From: Macrostomum hystrix
Taxonomy: Eukaryota > Animalia > Platyhelminthes
DNA: 64,000 nucleotides
Direction of reading: 5' to 3'
Assembly (NCBI GenBank): GCA_950097015.1
Contig: CATNEN010000024.1
Location: 3,906,001-3,970,000 of the forward strand
Shown: positions 14,270 to 26,529 of the stretch, piece by piece
Layout: each line of letters begins with the position of its first letter
Position numbering within the stretch: position 1 is the first letter of the stretch
Made by a program: the position numbers and the translations under genes
The notes under the pieces: generated by a model
What the model saw: the letters and a program-made list of their open reading frames with translations, nothing else
Told to the model about the DNA's origin: nothing
Database searches by the model: none

Positions 14270-14750
14270 AAGGAATCGCAGCAGGACACCCAGAAAGAGG
14301 AGGAATCGCAGCAAGAACCTCAGGAAGATGAGGAATCAAAGCAGGACACTGAGGAAGATGAGGAATCGCAGCAAGAACCTCAGGAAGATGAGGAATCAAA
14401 GCAGGACACTGAGGAAGATGAGAAATCGCAGCAAGAACCTCAGGAAGATGAGGAATCAAAGCAGGACAGTCAGGAAGATGAGGAATCGCAGCAGGACACT
14501 GAGGAAGGGGAGGAATCGTAGCAAGACTCTCGGAAGATAAAGAATCACAGCAAGAACCTCGGGAAGATGATTAATGGAAGCAGGACACTCTAGAAGAGCA
14601 GGAATCGCAGCAAGACCCTCGGAAGATAAGGAATCGCAGCAAAAAAACTCGGGAAGACGAGGAATAAAATAAAGAAACTAGGACAGGGGAATCGCGCCAA
14701 GACTCTTAGAAAGATTAGGAATCGCAGCAGCATACTCAGGAATCGTAGAA
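14270..14750. repeat. 30-bp purine-rich minisatellite with an alternating A/B (60-bp) pattern, degenerating toward the 3' end
   Basis: A=GAGGAATCGCAGCAAGAACCTCAGGAAGAT, B=GAGGAATCAAAGCAGGACACTGAGGAAGAT. Confidence 0.9.
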
Positions 14751-15027
14751 CGCCACTAACACAAGGGAGGGACTTTAAGATTTTTCATCAAAAATGAGCA
14801 TTTAAAAATCAGTTTAGAAATCAAAATCTTGTTTTGTCCCTGCCTAAGTTGTTAAGTCGCTTGTCGCATTTTTTATTCTGCTCTTAATTAAAAAACAATG
14901 CTCAATTAACTGCGATTCAAGTCTTTTGTAAATGCGATATTTCGACTTGCCACAAGGTGGGAGAAAGCATGAATTTGCGGGTCAGTTAAAGATGAATTTA
15001 GACCCAGAAGACAAGCAGCTGCAGCAG

Positions 15028-16134
15028 TCATTTTGGATCCTTTTTAACAAAGGGGAATGCCGATTTACTCGGCGGCGTTGTGATTTTGGTTGTTATGGCA
15101 ACGAATGCGTCAATTAACGATTGGCGATCCTGGGCAGTGACGGTGAAGTGCCGGAATACTGAAAATGAGACAAAGGTCAGCTTTCGTATTGTAGGTTTGC
15201 ATCATTGTATTGCAGCTATTGCCTTGATGGACCGGGGGCCGCCTCACCTACCAAAAAGTCTACCAAGTAATCTCACGTAAATCGAAAGGGTAATGAATAG
15301 TCCATTTGCCAACCTAAACTAACAATAAACTGATTTACAAAGGCGAAAATTTCATAATTAATTTTGCCACTTACTTTTCTCTTTGTTGACAAACTTGGCC
15401 GCCTGGTCTTGAGTTCTTGAGCAGCCCTCCAGATCCTTCTTATTGCCCACAGCGAACAGGAGCACATCTTTGCGCTCTTTATTCCTTTCTATTTCGCGCT
15501 TTACAGCGTCCAAATAGGACAGCGAGGCAGAGTCTGTAGTGTCGTAGACTAGCACAAACGCCTGCGGATAGAATCAAGTTAAAGTGTTGACAACAAACAT
15601 GATCTTGCATACGGCCCCTAGCTAATTAAGAGGCCTGCTGAATAAAAAGGAACCAAAATAGGACGGAACGGACGAAACTCGAAAATATGCCACACTTACA
15701 TCTGCTCCAACAACAAAGTGCTTTGGAATGCTGACTGACTTGATGTCCTAAAATAAAAAATCTTTTTTGTTCATAAAAAATCTGTAGAATGACTATATAT
15801 CCAAGTAATAGATCAAACAGGATAGAACTGAACTCACAGGTGAGCCACCAATCTCATAGAAGCGCACCTTTTCTTTCACACCTCTCTCTGACTCGATATG
15901 AGCAACATAAGTGTCCTCTATTGAGTGTGGAAATGGCGACTAAAATATGAATTTAAAGTAGTGTTGTGACCAGATGTAATCTTTAAACGAGTATTGATTT
16001 AATTCAAGAAAAAGTCATTTATAACTCACCTTCGATGTCAATGTTGAATAATTATTATAGATAAGCTGCTCCAGGATAGAAGTCTTGCCACAGCCTTGAC
16101 TACCACAGACAACTAATTTTAATGTTTTGCCCAT
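15028..16134 (-). CDS. NKIRAS: NF-kappaB inhibitor-interacting Ras-like protein (kappaB-Ras), ~190 aa; exons 16134-16030, 15939-15838, 15747-15700, 15561-15375, 15158-15028
   Basis: MGKTLKLVVCGSQGCGKTSILEQLIY; EDTYVAHIESERGVKEKVRFY; VLVYDTTD; GNKKD; C-terminal PPSKSAFP without CAAX, all characteristic of kappaB-Ras; four GT-AG introns join in frame. Confidence 0.92.
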
Positions 16135-17946
16135 AATTTTTTGCTGGAATCTGCTGTTTAAGTTTATAGTTATCTTGATTGAATATGAATTAGTATCAAC
16201 AAAATTTAAGCCAAGACAAATGACAACACCTTTGCTTACCTGAATATTAGCATCTAGCTTTATGGCTCATTTGTTAAACAAAAGAAATAATATTGTTGCC
16301 AAAGCAACTAGTTTTCTGATAAAATTTTGCATTTCTATTACTGAAATACACTTGTACTTTATGCATTTAAATCCCAAGGATTTCCCTTTGTAATTCTAAA
16401 ATAAGCAACTGCTATTAGATGTTTAAGCAAAGAAAAAGCTATAAAGCAAACAAGTGTAATTAGGGAATGAATAAAAAGGGCAACAATTAAATTTAATAAT
16501 GGAATTCCATACATACATAAGCAAACAAATACTAAACAAATATCATACATATTTGAGACCCTAACAATTCTGAAAGGTTGCTAATCAGCTTTGCCTATGC
16601 CCCAGGAATTTTTTTCCATCTGGCTACTTGTTATTGTTGATTGTTTTGTTCTCTTGTTCTCTTGTTTTGTCAAATTTACCAAATTTGTTTTATTGATGTC
16701 AATTCAAAAAGACCTGATCACACAACATTGATTGTTTATTAGCCATATTGCCAATCATATACATATCCTTACATATTGGCAAAACAGTCATTTTGTGGCT
16801 TCTTTGAGCCTAATTTACTACTATTCTACAGCCTCTATTGCCTACAGTGGCAATTTAGAATCTAAATACATTAACAAGGTTAATATAGCTAGTGCTAGTC
16901 CTCTATTGAGAAAATGACCAATTTAAATACATTAGCCTTTGACAAGCCAAAGACAATGACTAACTATGCATGAGAAATGAGGGGTCCATATAAACACCAA
17001 AATGAATGGACCACAACAAACACCAATAGAGTGCAATGGACTGCAATGGACCACAGTGGGACCAAAGAAGGTGTTCACTGTTTTTGGTATCTCAATGTTT
17101 ACATAGAACCAGTAAGGAGTATTATTAGCAATCTTTTCAATTAAAAAAGAACATTAGTTTTGTACTTCTGTGCTTTTACTTTTAAGCTCTTCATAAAAGA
17201 AAAAGACAGAAAGAATAAATGGAAGAATAATCAATAATCCTAGCTGTTTTGCTTTGCTTTATAGGAAAAACTAGTTTTCAAGTAAAAAATATCAACTGCT
17301 TTTTGTTGTAGGGACATATTAACAGTTCAGAAGTTTGACTTAGACATAGGCCCTACATCAAATATATGAGTAGTTCTTAGCTATAACGACTAAAATAGTT
17401 TAACCTATAGGTAAACAACACTTCCTAGAGCTTTTTTATATCATGATTAGAAGTAAAAAATCTGGTAACATTAGACTAATAAACTTTTGATGATTTAAAA
17501 ATTTGTATCTGTGTGCCATTGACATAAAGCTACTGAAGCAAAGAAAAGTTTAGCCCAAAGCCAGAATACATCACAAACTTGAACACAAGGAGCAAATCTT
17601 TGTGAATTAAAAAACCATTCTTTAAGTGTGAATTCATTTGACGTATATAAAAAAGTTATCAAGTTATTAGGAATTGAAAAATATGACAACTGTAGTGTTT
17701 CCTAGATCGGCCTTGAGTTAAATTTCTAAAGAAAAAATATTTTTAGAAGAAAACTATACTTCTAGTTTCTGTTAAATAAAATAAAAATGCATACTTTTTA
17801 AGCAAAATGTTTCTGTACTCTCAAAATTACGCGAACTCTAATACGCGATGCTTTTATTTGTTTATGTCTCTTCACGTAAAGACGGTCGTCAAAGTAAAGT
17901 TAGGCCCAAAAGCCTGAATACCACAACCTTGTACACAACATGCGAA

Positions 17947-18173
17947 CAGTGGCGTAGCGAGGGGGTATTGATTTCCGTGTCGCCGAAATTAACTGTCGCC
18001 GAAATGCCTGGAATTCGGTGTATCGGCCAATACCCCAAAAATTTGATGTCTCATTTTTTCGCATTCAGTTTCTTCGAAAGAAATGAATTAATTGTTTTTT
18101 ATTCTGGATACACTGGATAGAACCAAAACCGATATCCCCCAAAAAATCCTGGCTAGGCCCCCCTACGCCCCTG
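17947..18173. mobile_element. MITE-like non-autonomous DNA element
   Basis: Termini CAGTGGCGTAG..CTACGCCCCTG; flanks CATGCGAA / CATGCCAC could be a decayed 8-bp TSD (hAT-like is inference). Confidence 0.55.
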
Positions 18174-20730
18174 CATGCCACGCGTGACTTACGCAACGAT
18201 TCTATAAAACTTAATTCAATTAAAGTACGCAAAAAAAGTTATTGTATATGTTTAGTGGTCTAGTGGTCTAGTGGTCTAGTGTATTCTAGTGGTCCTGGTG
18301 TAGAATACAGTCAAAGTTTTACTACTAAACAAATATAAGCCTAATGTTTAGTCAGCGCCTTGCTAATTTGGAATAGGCGTAGGCCCTATAGTAGTAAAAT
18401 AGAAATTTTGAATAGGAATAGGATGGGCGTACTAATTATGTTAATTTTAACCTAAATTTTGTTTGTTGTACAGAAATATAAAAAACCTAAGCTAGGCCTA
18501 GGCATTTTATCTGTCAGGAATTTGTCATTCTTATTCTAAATATTAATGTTACCTTCATTTCATTTGTTTTTATTGCTAGCCTCAGGCTAGTAGCCTGGAA
18601 TCATGGGACCTAGATAGGCTGTAACTAGTATGATTTTCTATGTGCTTTATTAAGTTTAATATAGTTATGTCTACTATTGCTATGCTTAACTAAATAGGCC
18701 TTGTTTAAGCCTAGGCTTAGGCCCCTATTCTTAGTCAACAGTTGTATTCCTAACTTAGATCACAATGTAATTAAATGAAATACAATAGGCCCTAGGATAT
18801 GTAAATATTACAAATGCTAATAGATTATATCTTGCTGTTAGAAAGGTTTTGCACACAAACAAAAGCAAGTTTATTAAAGCAGTAAAACAAGTCATAGGCT
18901 TAGTGCTTAAGAAATAGTAGGCCTAGAGTCTCTTTTGCCAATCATTCAGCATTACATGCTACATGCAATGCACTTCCAATGCATTTCCCAATTGCAACCA
19001 TGCATTTGTCAATCATTGTCTATACTATACTTTGTTGATCCAAATGACTCAACCATGCATAATAATACTATTAAAGGCACCTAGGCACATGTGAAGGCAA
19101 AGTTGCATAGTTAGCATTGTACCATTGGCAACCTTTTTGACTCCCACCTCATCAAGTTCCTCTGATGCCGAAACTCAAAACAAAACTTACTATATTGGCT
19201 GACCCATTACTATGCTATGTTATACAGTTTCTTAATTGCAATGACCTATTTTACTGCTTTTATAAACTAGCTTTTGCTTGTTTGCTTATAATTTTGAGTC
19301 AAAATAATTTAACATGGAAAACTAGGACATTGTCAGTTTTGCTATAAATTGTAGTCGGCATTCATTTTAGAGCCTAGCTAGGCAGGTTCCTGTCTTTTCA
19401 TCTATTGCCATCTTGTCTGCCAACAGACAAGTTGATTTATTTGTAGGCAAGTCAAATTCATGAGCAAATGAATTTGGTCAACTTTGCCTTAGCTGAAATG
19501 AGGAGCAATTAAACACCTTGCTATCATACCAGTGTGAAGATAGAAGAAAAGCTGATTTGTTTAGCTCTTTGATGAATTAGAATGGATTTGTACATTTGTA
19601 TTTTTTGGAAGGAGAGAGACAATTTGCAAAATAATGAATATAAAGGGGGGGTTAGCTAGAAAGTACAATGTATAACATAATTTTTATATAGCATTTAATT
19701 TGATGGTCATGAGCCTTTTAAAATAAGTCAAATATTGTTTGGATGCTACAAATTAAGCAAAAAGATGTAGATAGGCCTAGTTTAGATGAAAGCATGTGAT
19801 CAAAATAAAATTGTGCATTGTGCATTGCATCATTTATGATGTTTTTATTTTGTGATGATGAAAGCATAGCCAACAACTTTGTTTTAATTAGGCCCCTATC
19901 TCTATGGCTGACAAGTTTGTAAAAAGTTTATTTTAAATACAAGCAAAAAGCAGATAAGATGGCAGCAGACAAAAAAGACCAAGGCCTATGTATATTATAG
20001 CTTTTAGTTTTGGCTATGTTGTCATGCAATCTCAGCATATGCCTTAGGCCATCAGGGCATTTGGTTTTTTTGCCCATCTCATAACTACATTTTTAGTACT
20101 AAAGCTAGCTGCATTGTACCATGGACAAAGCTACCTTTTGGTTTTAAGACCACACTAAGCCAATTTCAGCTTGGCATGTGCAATCTCAGTCATCTGTTAG
20201 CAGTTTTTTTAGGGATATTTTACTTAATAATTCTTACGCTTTTAAAAATCAAATTAATATGATACTTTTTGTGTAAATAGCCTATTTTTCAATATTATTT
20301 ATTAGTGAACAATACTAAATGTGTTTTTAAAATTCACTCATTCAAATCTAACTAAGTATATTCTGTATATATAAGCAATTCTAATTTTGTGTGAAAGAGC
20401 AATGTGCCAGTGTGTCACATTGTAATGATTCCTAGATAAGCCTGACAAATAGGCAAAGCTACAGTTGAGCAAGATGTTTCAAAATGTATTAAGTTTTGAG
20501 TTTGTTTTTTGAGGCTGTGACCCTCTGATCCATGGAAGTGCTCAGTGAAGACTAGTCCCGTAATAGCCTTAGAAAGAGAGACCACTCATGCTGAATAAAA
20601 TGCTTCTGCAGAGAGAGGAATAAAGTGATTAGCCCTCTTAGATAAGCTATTCTGCTCTTAAATTTGCTTCTATTAGTTAGGATATATAAAAAATAGTTAC
20701 ACTTTTTTCCACTTCAGTTTTTTATTGAGA

Positions 20731-23700
20731 ATGAAAACATCAAGCAAATTTCCTGAGAAGAATACTGAGGAAGAAGAACTACTTATACAGAAGTATGCAT
20801 TGCTGAAGCAATTGGTAAGCTGTAAGAAGTTTATTCTCTTTAATTGATATGTACCTTCTTTTTGTTTAGATTTAGATTTTGGTTTAACACATTTGTCTTC
20901 AGTTTGTTGATGTCTAGGCAATTGCTTGTCATTGTCGCAAACTTAACAAGCCTGTCGATCTGGCACTAGGCGCCTTCAACTGATACAAAAACCTAGGTGC
21001 TTCTCATTGTGTTGGCAACCATCATTAGGAAAATGGAGACTAATCTGGAGCACCCAGTCCATGAGTAGTCCAAGAAGAAGCGATCAAGTAAAAAAATTGC
21101 TTAGCATACAGCTTAAGCTATATACAGCTTAAAACATGTATTTATACCACTATAGGCAACAATTCCTTTAGCAGTAGCTGATATATCAGCGCTCTAAGCA
21201 GTAGGCTTAGCTAAAATATATCAACCTGAGCAGTAGCTGGCACAGCTCAACCTGCATCGTTGGCTTAGCTGACCCAGCTCGGCTTGAGCAGTAGGCGTGG
21301 CTGACACAGATCGGCCTGAGCAGTACGCTTAGCTGACACAGCTCGGCTTGAGCAGTAGGCGTAGCTGACACAGCTTGGCCTGAGCAGTAGGCGTCGCTGA
21401 CACAGCTCAGCTTGAGCAGTAGGCGTAGCTGACACAGCTTAGCTGAGCAGTAGGCGTAGCTGACACAGCTCAGCTTGAGCAGTAGGCGTAGCTGACACAG
21501 CTTAGCTGAGCAGTAGGCTTAGCTGACATTATCAATATAGACAACTCAAATGTTCCCAAATGCCCGCGCACAGCGCAAGCAGCTGACGGAGCTGCGCAGT
21601 CGTCAGGCCGCTGAGGCGGAGATTAATCGCGAGAAGGAGGAGACCCCCGTCAAGACTAGCGAAGATGCTCGAGTAGCCGCTGAGCGATTAGTCAAGCTAG
21701 GGAAGATCAAAATTCAAAGCGCTTGTCCGCCGCGTGTCCTAATGAAGAAAGGTCGCGACTCTACTGGCCCAGCGTCTGCTTATAGGCCCTATTCTCCAGG
21801 CGGCGGCGGCTCAGACGATGCTTCCGGAAGTGTGAGTTTGGTACTAATCTGACTGACTGTTATTTACAAAATGAGTTGGATTAATCGTCGACCAATGTAT
21901 GTTGTTTTAATGTATTAATGTAATGTATAAATTAATGTATTAATGTAATGTATAAATTAATGTATTAATGTAATGTATACATTAATGTATTAATGTAATG
22001 TATACATTAATGTATTAATGTAATGTATACATTAATGTATTAATGTAATGTATACATTAATGTATTAATGTATTATTTAATGTGTTACATTAAAATTTAG
22101 TTTTAATGTATGTTGTTTACTGAGGTTGAAGCTCTGTGGTTACAGATTCGCACTTCTGACTTAAACAGCGGACAAAACAGTTGTACACACAGCCTTTAAC
22201 GGGCTGTTTAACAAATAAATAAAGAAATAAAACAATAAATGATTACACCTGCCCCAATCGGGCCAGATGGCAGCCGAATGCACAGTCGCAGCTGTTGCAC
22301 GGCGTATCTGAAGGCTGCGTACGGCTGTTCAGTCCATGGACTGGGGGATACCACACCCACCCTTCAATTACCCAGCTGATGCTGGTACCCAATTAACAGC
22401 TGCGTGAACTGAAGCAAACCAGAGTCAAGTGTCTTGCTAAAGGACTGAATTTTTTTCCAGTGCAGTCGAGAATCGAACCCCCACCTTCATGTCGTGACTA
22501 CTAGGCTACAACCTCCTGGGTTGTTTTGTAATATTAACATGCTGTCTCCTGGTGTCTCTAAGATTAAAATTTACTATAAAAATACTCGGAATTCGAAATA
22601 TTTATTATCTCTAACAACACAGCAGCAGCAGCCGGCTGCAAAGAGGCCACGCGCCAATCTGTACGATAGCTTCGTATCAGGCGGAGTCCAAGATCCTTCA
22701 GCCGGCAGAGCTGGGGCAGCTTCGCCGTCAGCGGCTGGTGGCGGCGGCGAATCGAGCCGGCCACGCGGCAACACGCTGTTCGTACAGGGCTACAACATTC
22801 ATCCGGATATGCTGCGCGCAGCGTTTGCTCCGTTCGGCCAAATATCGCGCATCGCCATGGAAACGCGGCCCGGCGGTGGACGCTTCGGTGACGCCAAGGC
22901 TAAGCCGAAGGCTTTTGTTACATTCGAATCGGAAGATGATGCCGCAAAGGCAATGGATCAGGTGAGGTTAATGTTTATCAAAAATGCTCTACTTTTGGAA
23001 CGAGTGATAGTCTAAATGAGCCTCTTAAAACCGTACACGTATGGCACACTAGTTTAATGAGACAACGATGCATTAAAATACGCCATCAAGTGTTTAATTT
23101 CTTCCACCGCTTACTTGGGTTTCCTGCTATATAAAAACAAATTTTCGCAATGCCTCTTACTGTTAGTAGGCTATATGCATTGGCTGGAGTGAAAATAATT
23201 CGTCTTATATATCAGGAGATGGTGTTTCTTATCGTGTGCTGACACTATTGGAGTATTAGGTAGGGGTTGAAGCACAGCTGTCCCAGGGTAAGAAGTGAGG
23301 TGGGTTGCTCTCGTCTACAAGGGCTTTTAGCCGGGCACCATATATGGCAGGCAGCCAGCGCCTAGACACTTCTATTTATGGATAGTTTTCCGTTGTGTAC
23401 TGCCTACTAGCGCTAAATACGACATCGCACGGTTTAAACTAAAAACCCACCAGCCACCCCCCGCCGCCTCCCGAATGTTAACAAAGTTTTATCGGAGGCC
23501 CTGGCGCCTACCAGCTCTAGATTTGGCCCGTTGTTTCATAAGTGTCTGCCATAAATGGTGTTCTGCAAAGTGGGCAAAAATTATCATGTCTATACAGTTA
23601 TATTTAGTTAATTGCTCATGCATTATTTTAAACTATTTCTGGTTTTGTCTCTCACTATGAACAAGGATGCTTCAATGTTGTTTGTATCGAAATTTGGTAA

Positions 23701-26529
23701 TCTCTAATTAAACACTTTCTTTTTTAGTTTTTTTACTAACATTTTGGAGGGTATCTTGCGCATCGTCTAATTCTGGCTTGAGGCATTTTCTTTAGATGAA
23801 ATAAAGAAATCAATATAACTGCAACTACAAATGACAGGGAGTTTATAAACAGTACAGTACTGGACAGTACATGCGTCAGTGAGATCTCGCGTCAGTTCAC
23901 ACAGACCCCCCAGTCAAATAGTTATCATTGTAAAAAATGTGTCGCTTCCTAAAATATTGTTATGAGTTTAGAAACAATTTATAATCGAAAACCACAAGGT
24001 TATAGCCTTGTGGTTAGAGCATCGGATTCACGACTTTAAGGTCGGGGGTTCGATTCTCGTCTCCACTAAAGAATCGTGTCCCTTTAGCAAGACACTGAAC
24101 TCTGCATTGCTTCAGTTCACCCAGCTGTTAATAATGAAAAAACAATAATGATTGCAGGAGGGCTGCGGGCAATGGCACATCATTTAGTGACACTAGACAC
24201 GCAGCCAGTGAGGAGGCAATTCTGCCCATTTCGCTGACTCCTGAGCACACACGCACACAGATACTGTACGCAGGCACACGCTCACACAGGTGTGTACATC
24301 TGCCTTGGCTTTCTCATCGTCAGGCAGTGTACACTTCGCTGTGCCTTGTGTACAGTTGTGTAAGCCCCCAAGACTTCTCCAAATAAATGCGCCCCAAATA
24401 AATGTGGCCTCGCCTTGGAATCGAACTTAGGAACCTTGGTGCGAGAGGCAAACGTGATAACTGCTCTGCCACTGACCCTCCTCGAGCAAGACATTAATAG
24501 GACATTGTTTTAGTTCAAAGAGCTGGAAAATGTGGTAGAAATAAGGGTTAGTGTCTTTAATTGTTAATAATAATTATTATTATTATCGATGATTCAGCTT
24601 AATATCCTGTCAAGTGCCAAATATGAAAGACCGCGCTACATATTATTGGCGGTCACAAAACAATGTCTGCCTAACGTGCAGGCAGAGCTGTATGGAGCAG
24701 TCGTCTAACTTTGTGGCTCGCGTGTGCGCCTGCACAGCCCTGTATTGTGCGCACTAAACTATTGCCTTTCATTACTAACCCCATTCGAGCCTGTGTGCGC
24801 CACTGCTGGTCAAAAGTGTGTTTAGAAGAAAATGTAGTTTGAGATTACTAAGCTACACGGTAGAGCTAGGCGGTTAGCAGCAGCGCCAACCCCTTCCTTC
24901 CAAGTCAGGTTTCAAGGCAGACAGAGGCGGACGCCTGAAGTAAAGCTTCAGCTGAAAGTATTTTCCGTCTTTCTCTTCTATTCTGTGCTCTCATTCTCTA
25001 TCTATATTTTTGTGCACGCGTGTGATTGTCGCGTACATTCTATTTTAACTAAGCAATGTCTGTTCGACCAGAAGCGACAGCTTGTTATGCGCATTTAGCT
25101 CCTCCGCCCTTGCCAATTTTAAAATTAAGCATTCGCAAACCTTCACCCAGAACACTATTTCGGTTCTCTGGTTAATTTCGCTCTTTATCTTAGGAGGGCA
25201 AGGACAATGTTGCTGAAATAGAATTTGCCTTGTTAAAATACGTCAGTGAGGTAGTGCATTTCTTCGGCCACCATTTAGTCAAGCGAATAAAATGAGATAG
25301 TGAAATGAAACATTTTGTATGGACCGTTGATTTTGCTTGCTTGGAATTTGCATTCTGGATTCATAGCCCAAGCGATTAAAAATACGAGTTATATACGAGA
25401 TACTATACTCATCCATCCACTCGTATTCATTTTGAAGCTCAAAATGATCTCCCTATTTACGACTAAAAACTAACCTGTGATATGGAATCTTGCCAAGAAC
25501 ACCATCCACTTCAGCTCTGAACACACCATCCACTTCCTTCAGTTCTGAACACACCATCCACTTCCTTCAGTTCTGAACACACCATCCACTTCAGTTCTGA
25601 ACACACCATCCACTTCAGTTCTGAACACACCATCCACTTCAGTTCTGAACTTACCATCCACTTCCTTCAGTTCTGAACACACCATCCACTTCCTTCAGTT
25701 CTGAACACACCATCCACTTCCTTCAGTTCTGAACACACCATCCACTTCCTTCAGTTCTGAACACACCATCCACTTCCTTCAGTTCTGAACACACCATCCA
25801 CTTCCTTCAGTTCTGAACACACCATCCACTTCCTTCAGTTCTGAACACACCATCCACTTCCTTCAGTTCTGAACACACCATCCACTTCAGTTCTGAACAC
25901 ACCATCCACTTCAGTTCTGAACACACCATCCACTTCAGTTCTGAACTCACCATCCACTTCAGTTCTGAACACACCATCTACTTCAGTTCTGAACTTACCA
26001 TCCACTTCAGTTCTGAACTCACCATCCACTTCAGTTCTTATCGCACTCTCTGAACCCGCAGCTGGACGGTCAGCTGGTGAAGGGTAGTGTGCTCAGTGTT
26101 CGCTTGGCCCGCAAGCAACCAACTCCCGGCCAGATGTTCCGAGGCGGCGGCGGTCGCGACGGTCACCAGCCGCCCCAGCTACCCGGCCTCTCAGATTGGA
26201 ATAGCGGAACTGGCGATGCTGGCGGCAGACGGCGCCTAGGCTTCGGCTTCTCCGGCGGCAGCTCCGCCGACGACGACTATGCTGCTGACGCTGGTAGCAG
26301 TAGTCCGCCGCGTTACGCGCCTTCTCAATCATTGTTGTCCCCGCGTGACAATGCGCCGCCATCGATGCCCACTGGCCGCAAGGTTGAGGAGGACGACAGA
26401 TCGACAAGATTGGCCAACGAAGAGCAGCAACAGCAGCATAGGCGACCGTTGGAATACTCCGATGGTGTATTCGTGTCCTCGGATCCTATGGAAGAGGATG
26501 CCGTTGTTGAACTCGAAGAGGTCATGTAA
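20731..26529 (+). CDS. NELFE: Negative elongation factor E (RRM protein), ~382 aa; exons 20731-20814, 21574-21831, 22623-22961, 26062-26529
   Basis: N-terminal FPEKNTEEEELLIQKYALLKQL|RKQLTELR; LYDSFVS motif; RRM GNTLFVQG..LRAAFAPFG..KAFVTFES..|LDGQLVKGSVLSVRLARKQP; C-terminal RRPLEYSD; three phase-0 GT-AG introns. Confidence 0.9.
21170..21530. repeat. 31/32-bp minisatellite, ~11 copies, in NELF-E intron 1
   Basis: Unit GAGCAGTAGGCGTAGCTGACACAGCT(C/T)AGCT(T). Confidence 0.9.
21910..22075. repeat. 25-bp AT-rich tandem repeat in NELF-E intron 2
   Basis: Unit ATTAATGTATTAATGTAATGTATA(C/A), ~6 copies. Confidence 0.9.
22235..22515 (-). mobile_element. tRNA-derived SINE family A, full-length copy in NELF-E intron 2
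   Basis: Minus-strand tRNA head with GGTTCGATTCT, CORE-like TAGCAAGACACTTGACTCTGG..TTCAGTTCAC, shared structured 3' domain, TTTA tail. Confidence 0.8.
23998..24135 (+). mobile_element. SINE family A, 5' half (tRNA head plus CORE-like domain)
   Basis: A-box TAGCCTTGTGG (24003-24013), B-box GGTTCGATTCT (24047-24057), GTGTCCTTTAGCAAGACACTGAACTCTGCATTGCTTCAGTTCACCCAGCTG. Confidence 0.8.
24136..24480 (-). mobile_element. tRNA-derived SINE family B, tail-to-tail with the family A copy
   Basis: Reverse complement aligns with 28740-29100: TGGCAGAGC A-box, GTTCGATTCC B-box, GAGGCCACATTTATTTGGGGCGC body. Confidence 0.8.
25497..26038. repeat. 24/28-bp minisatellite, ~21 copies, ending ~20 nt before the NELF-E exon 4 acceptor
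   Basis: Unit TTCTGAACACACCATCCACTTC(CTTC)AG. Confidence 0.95.
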
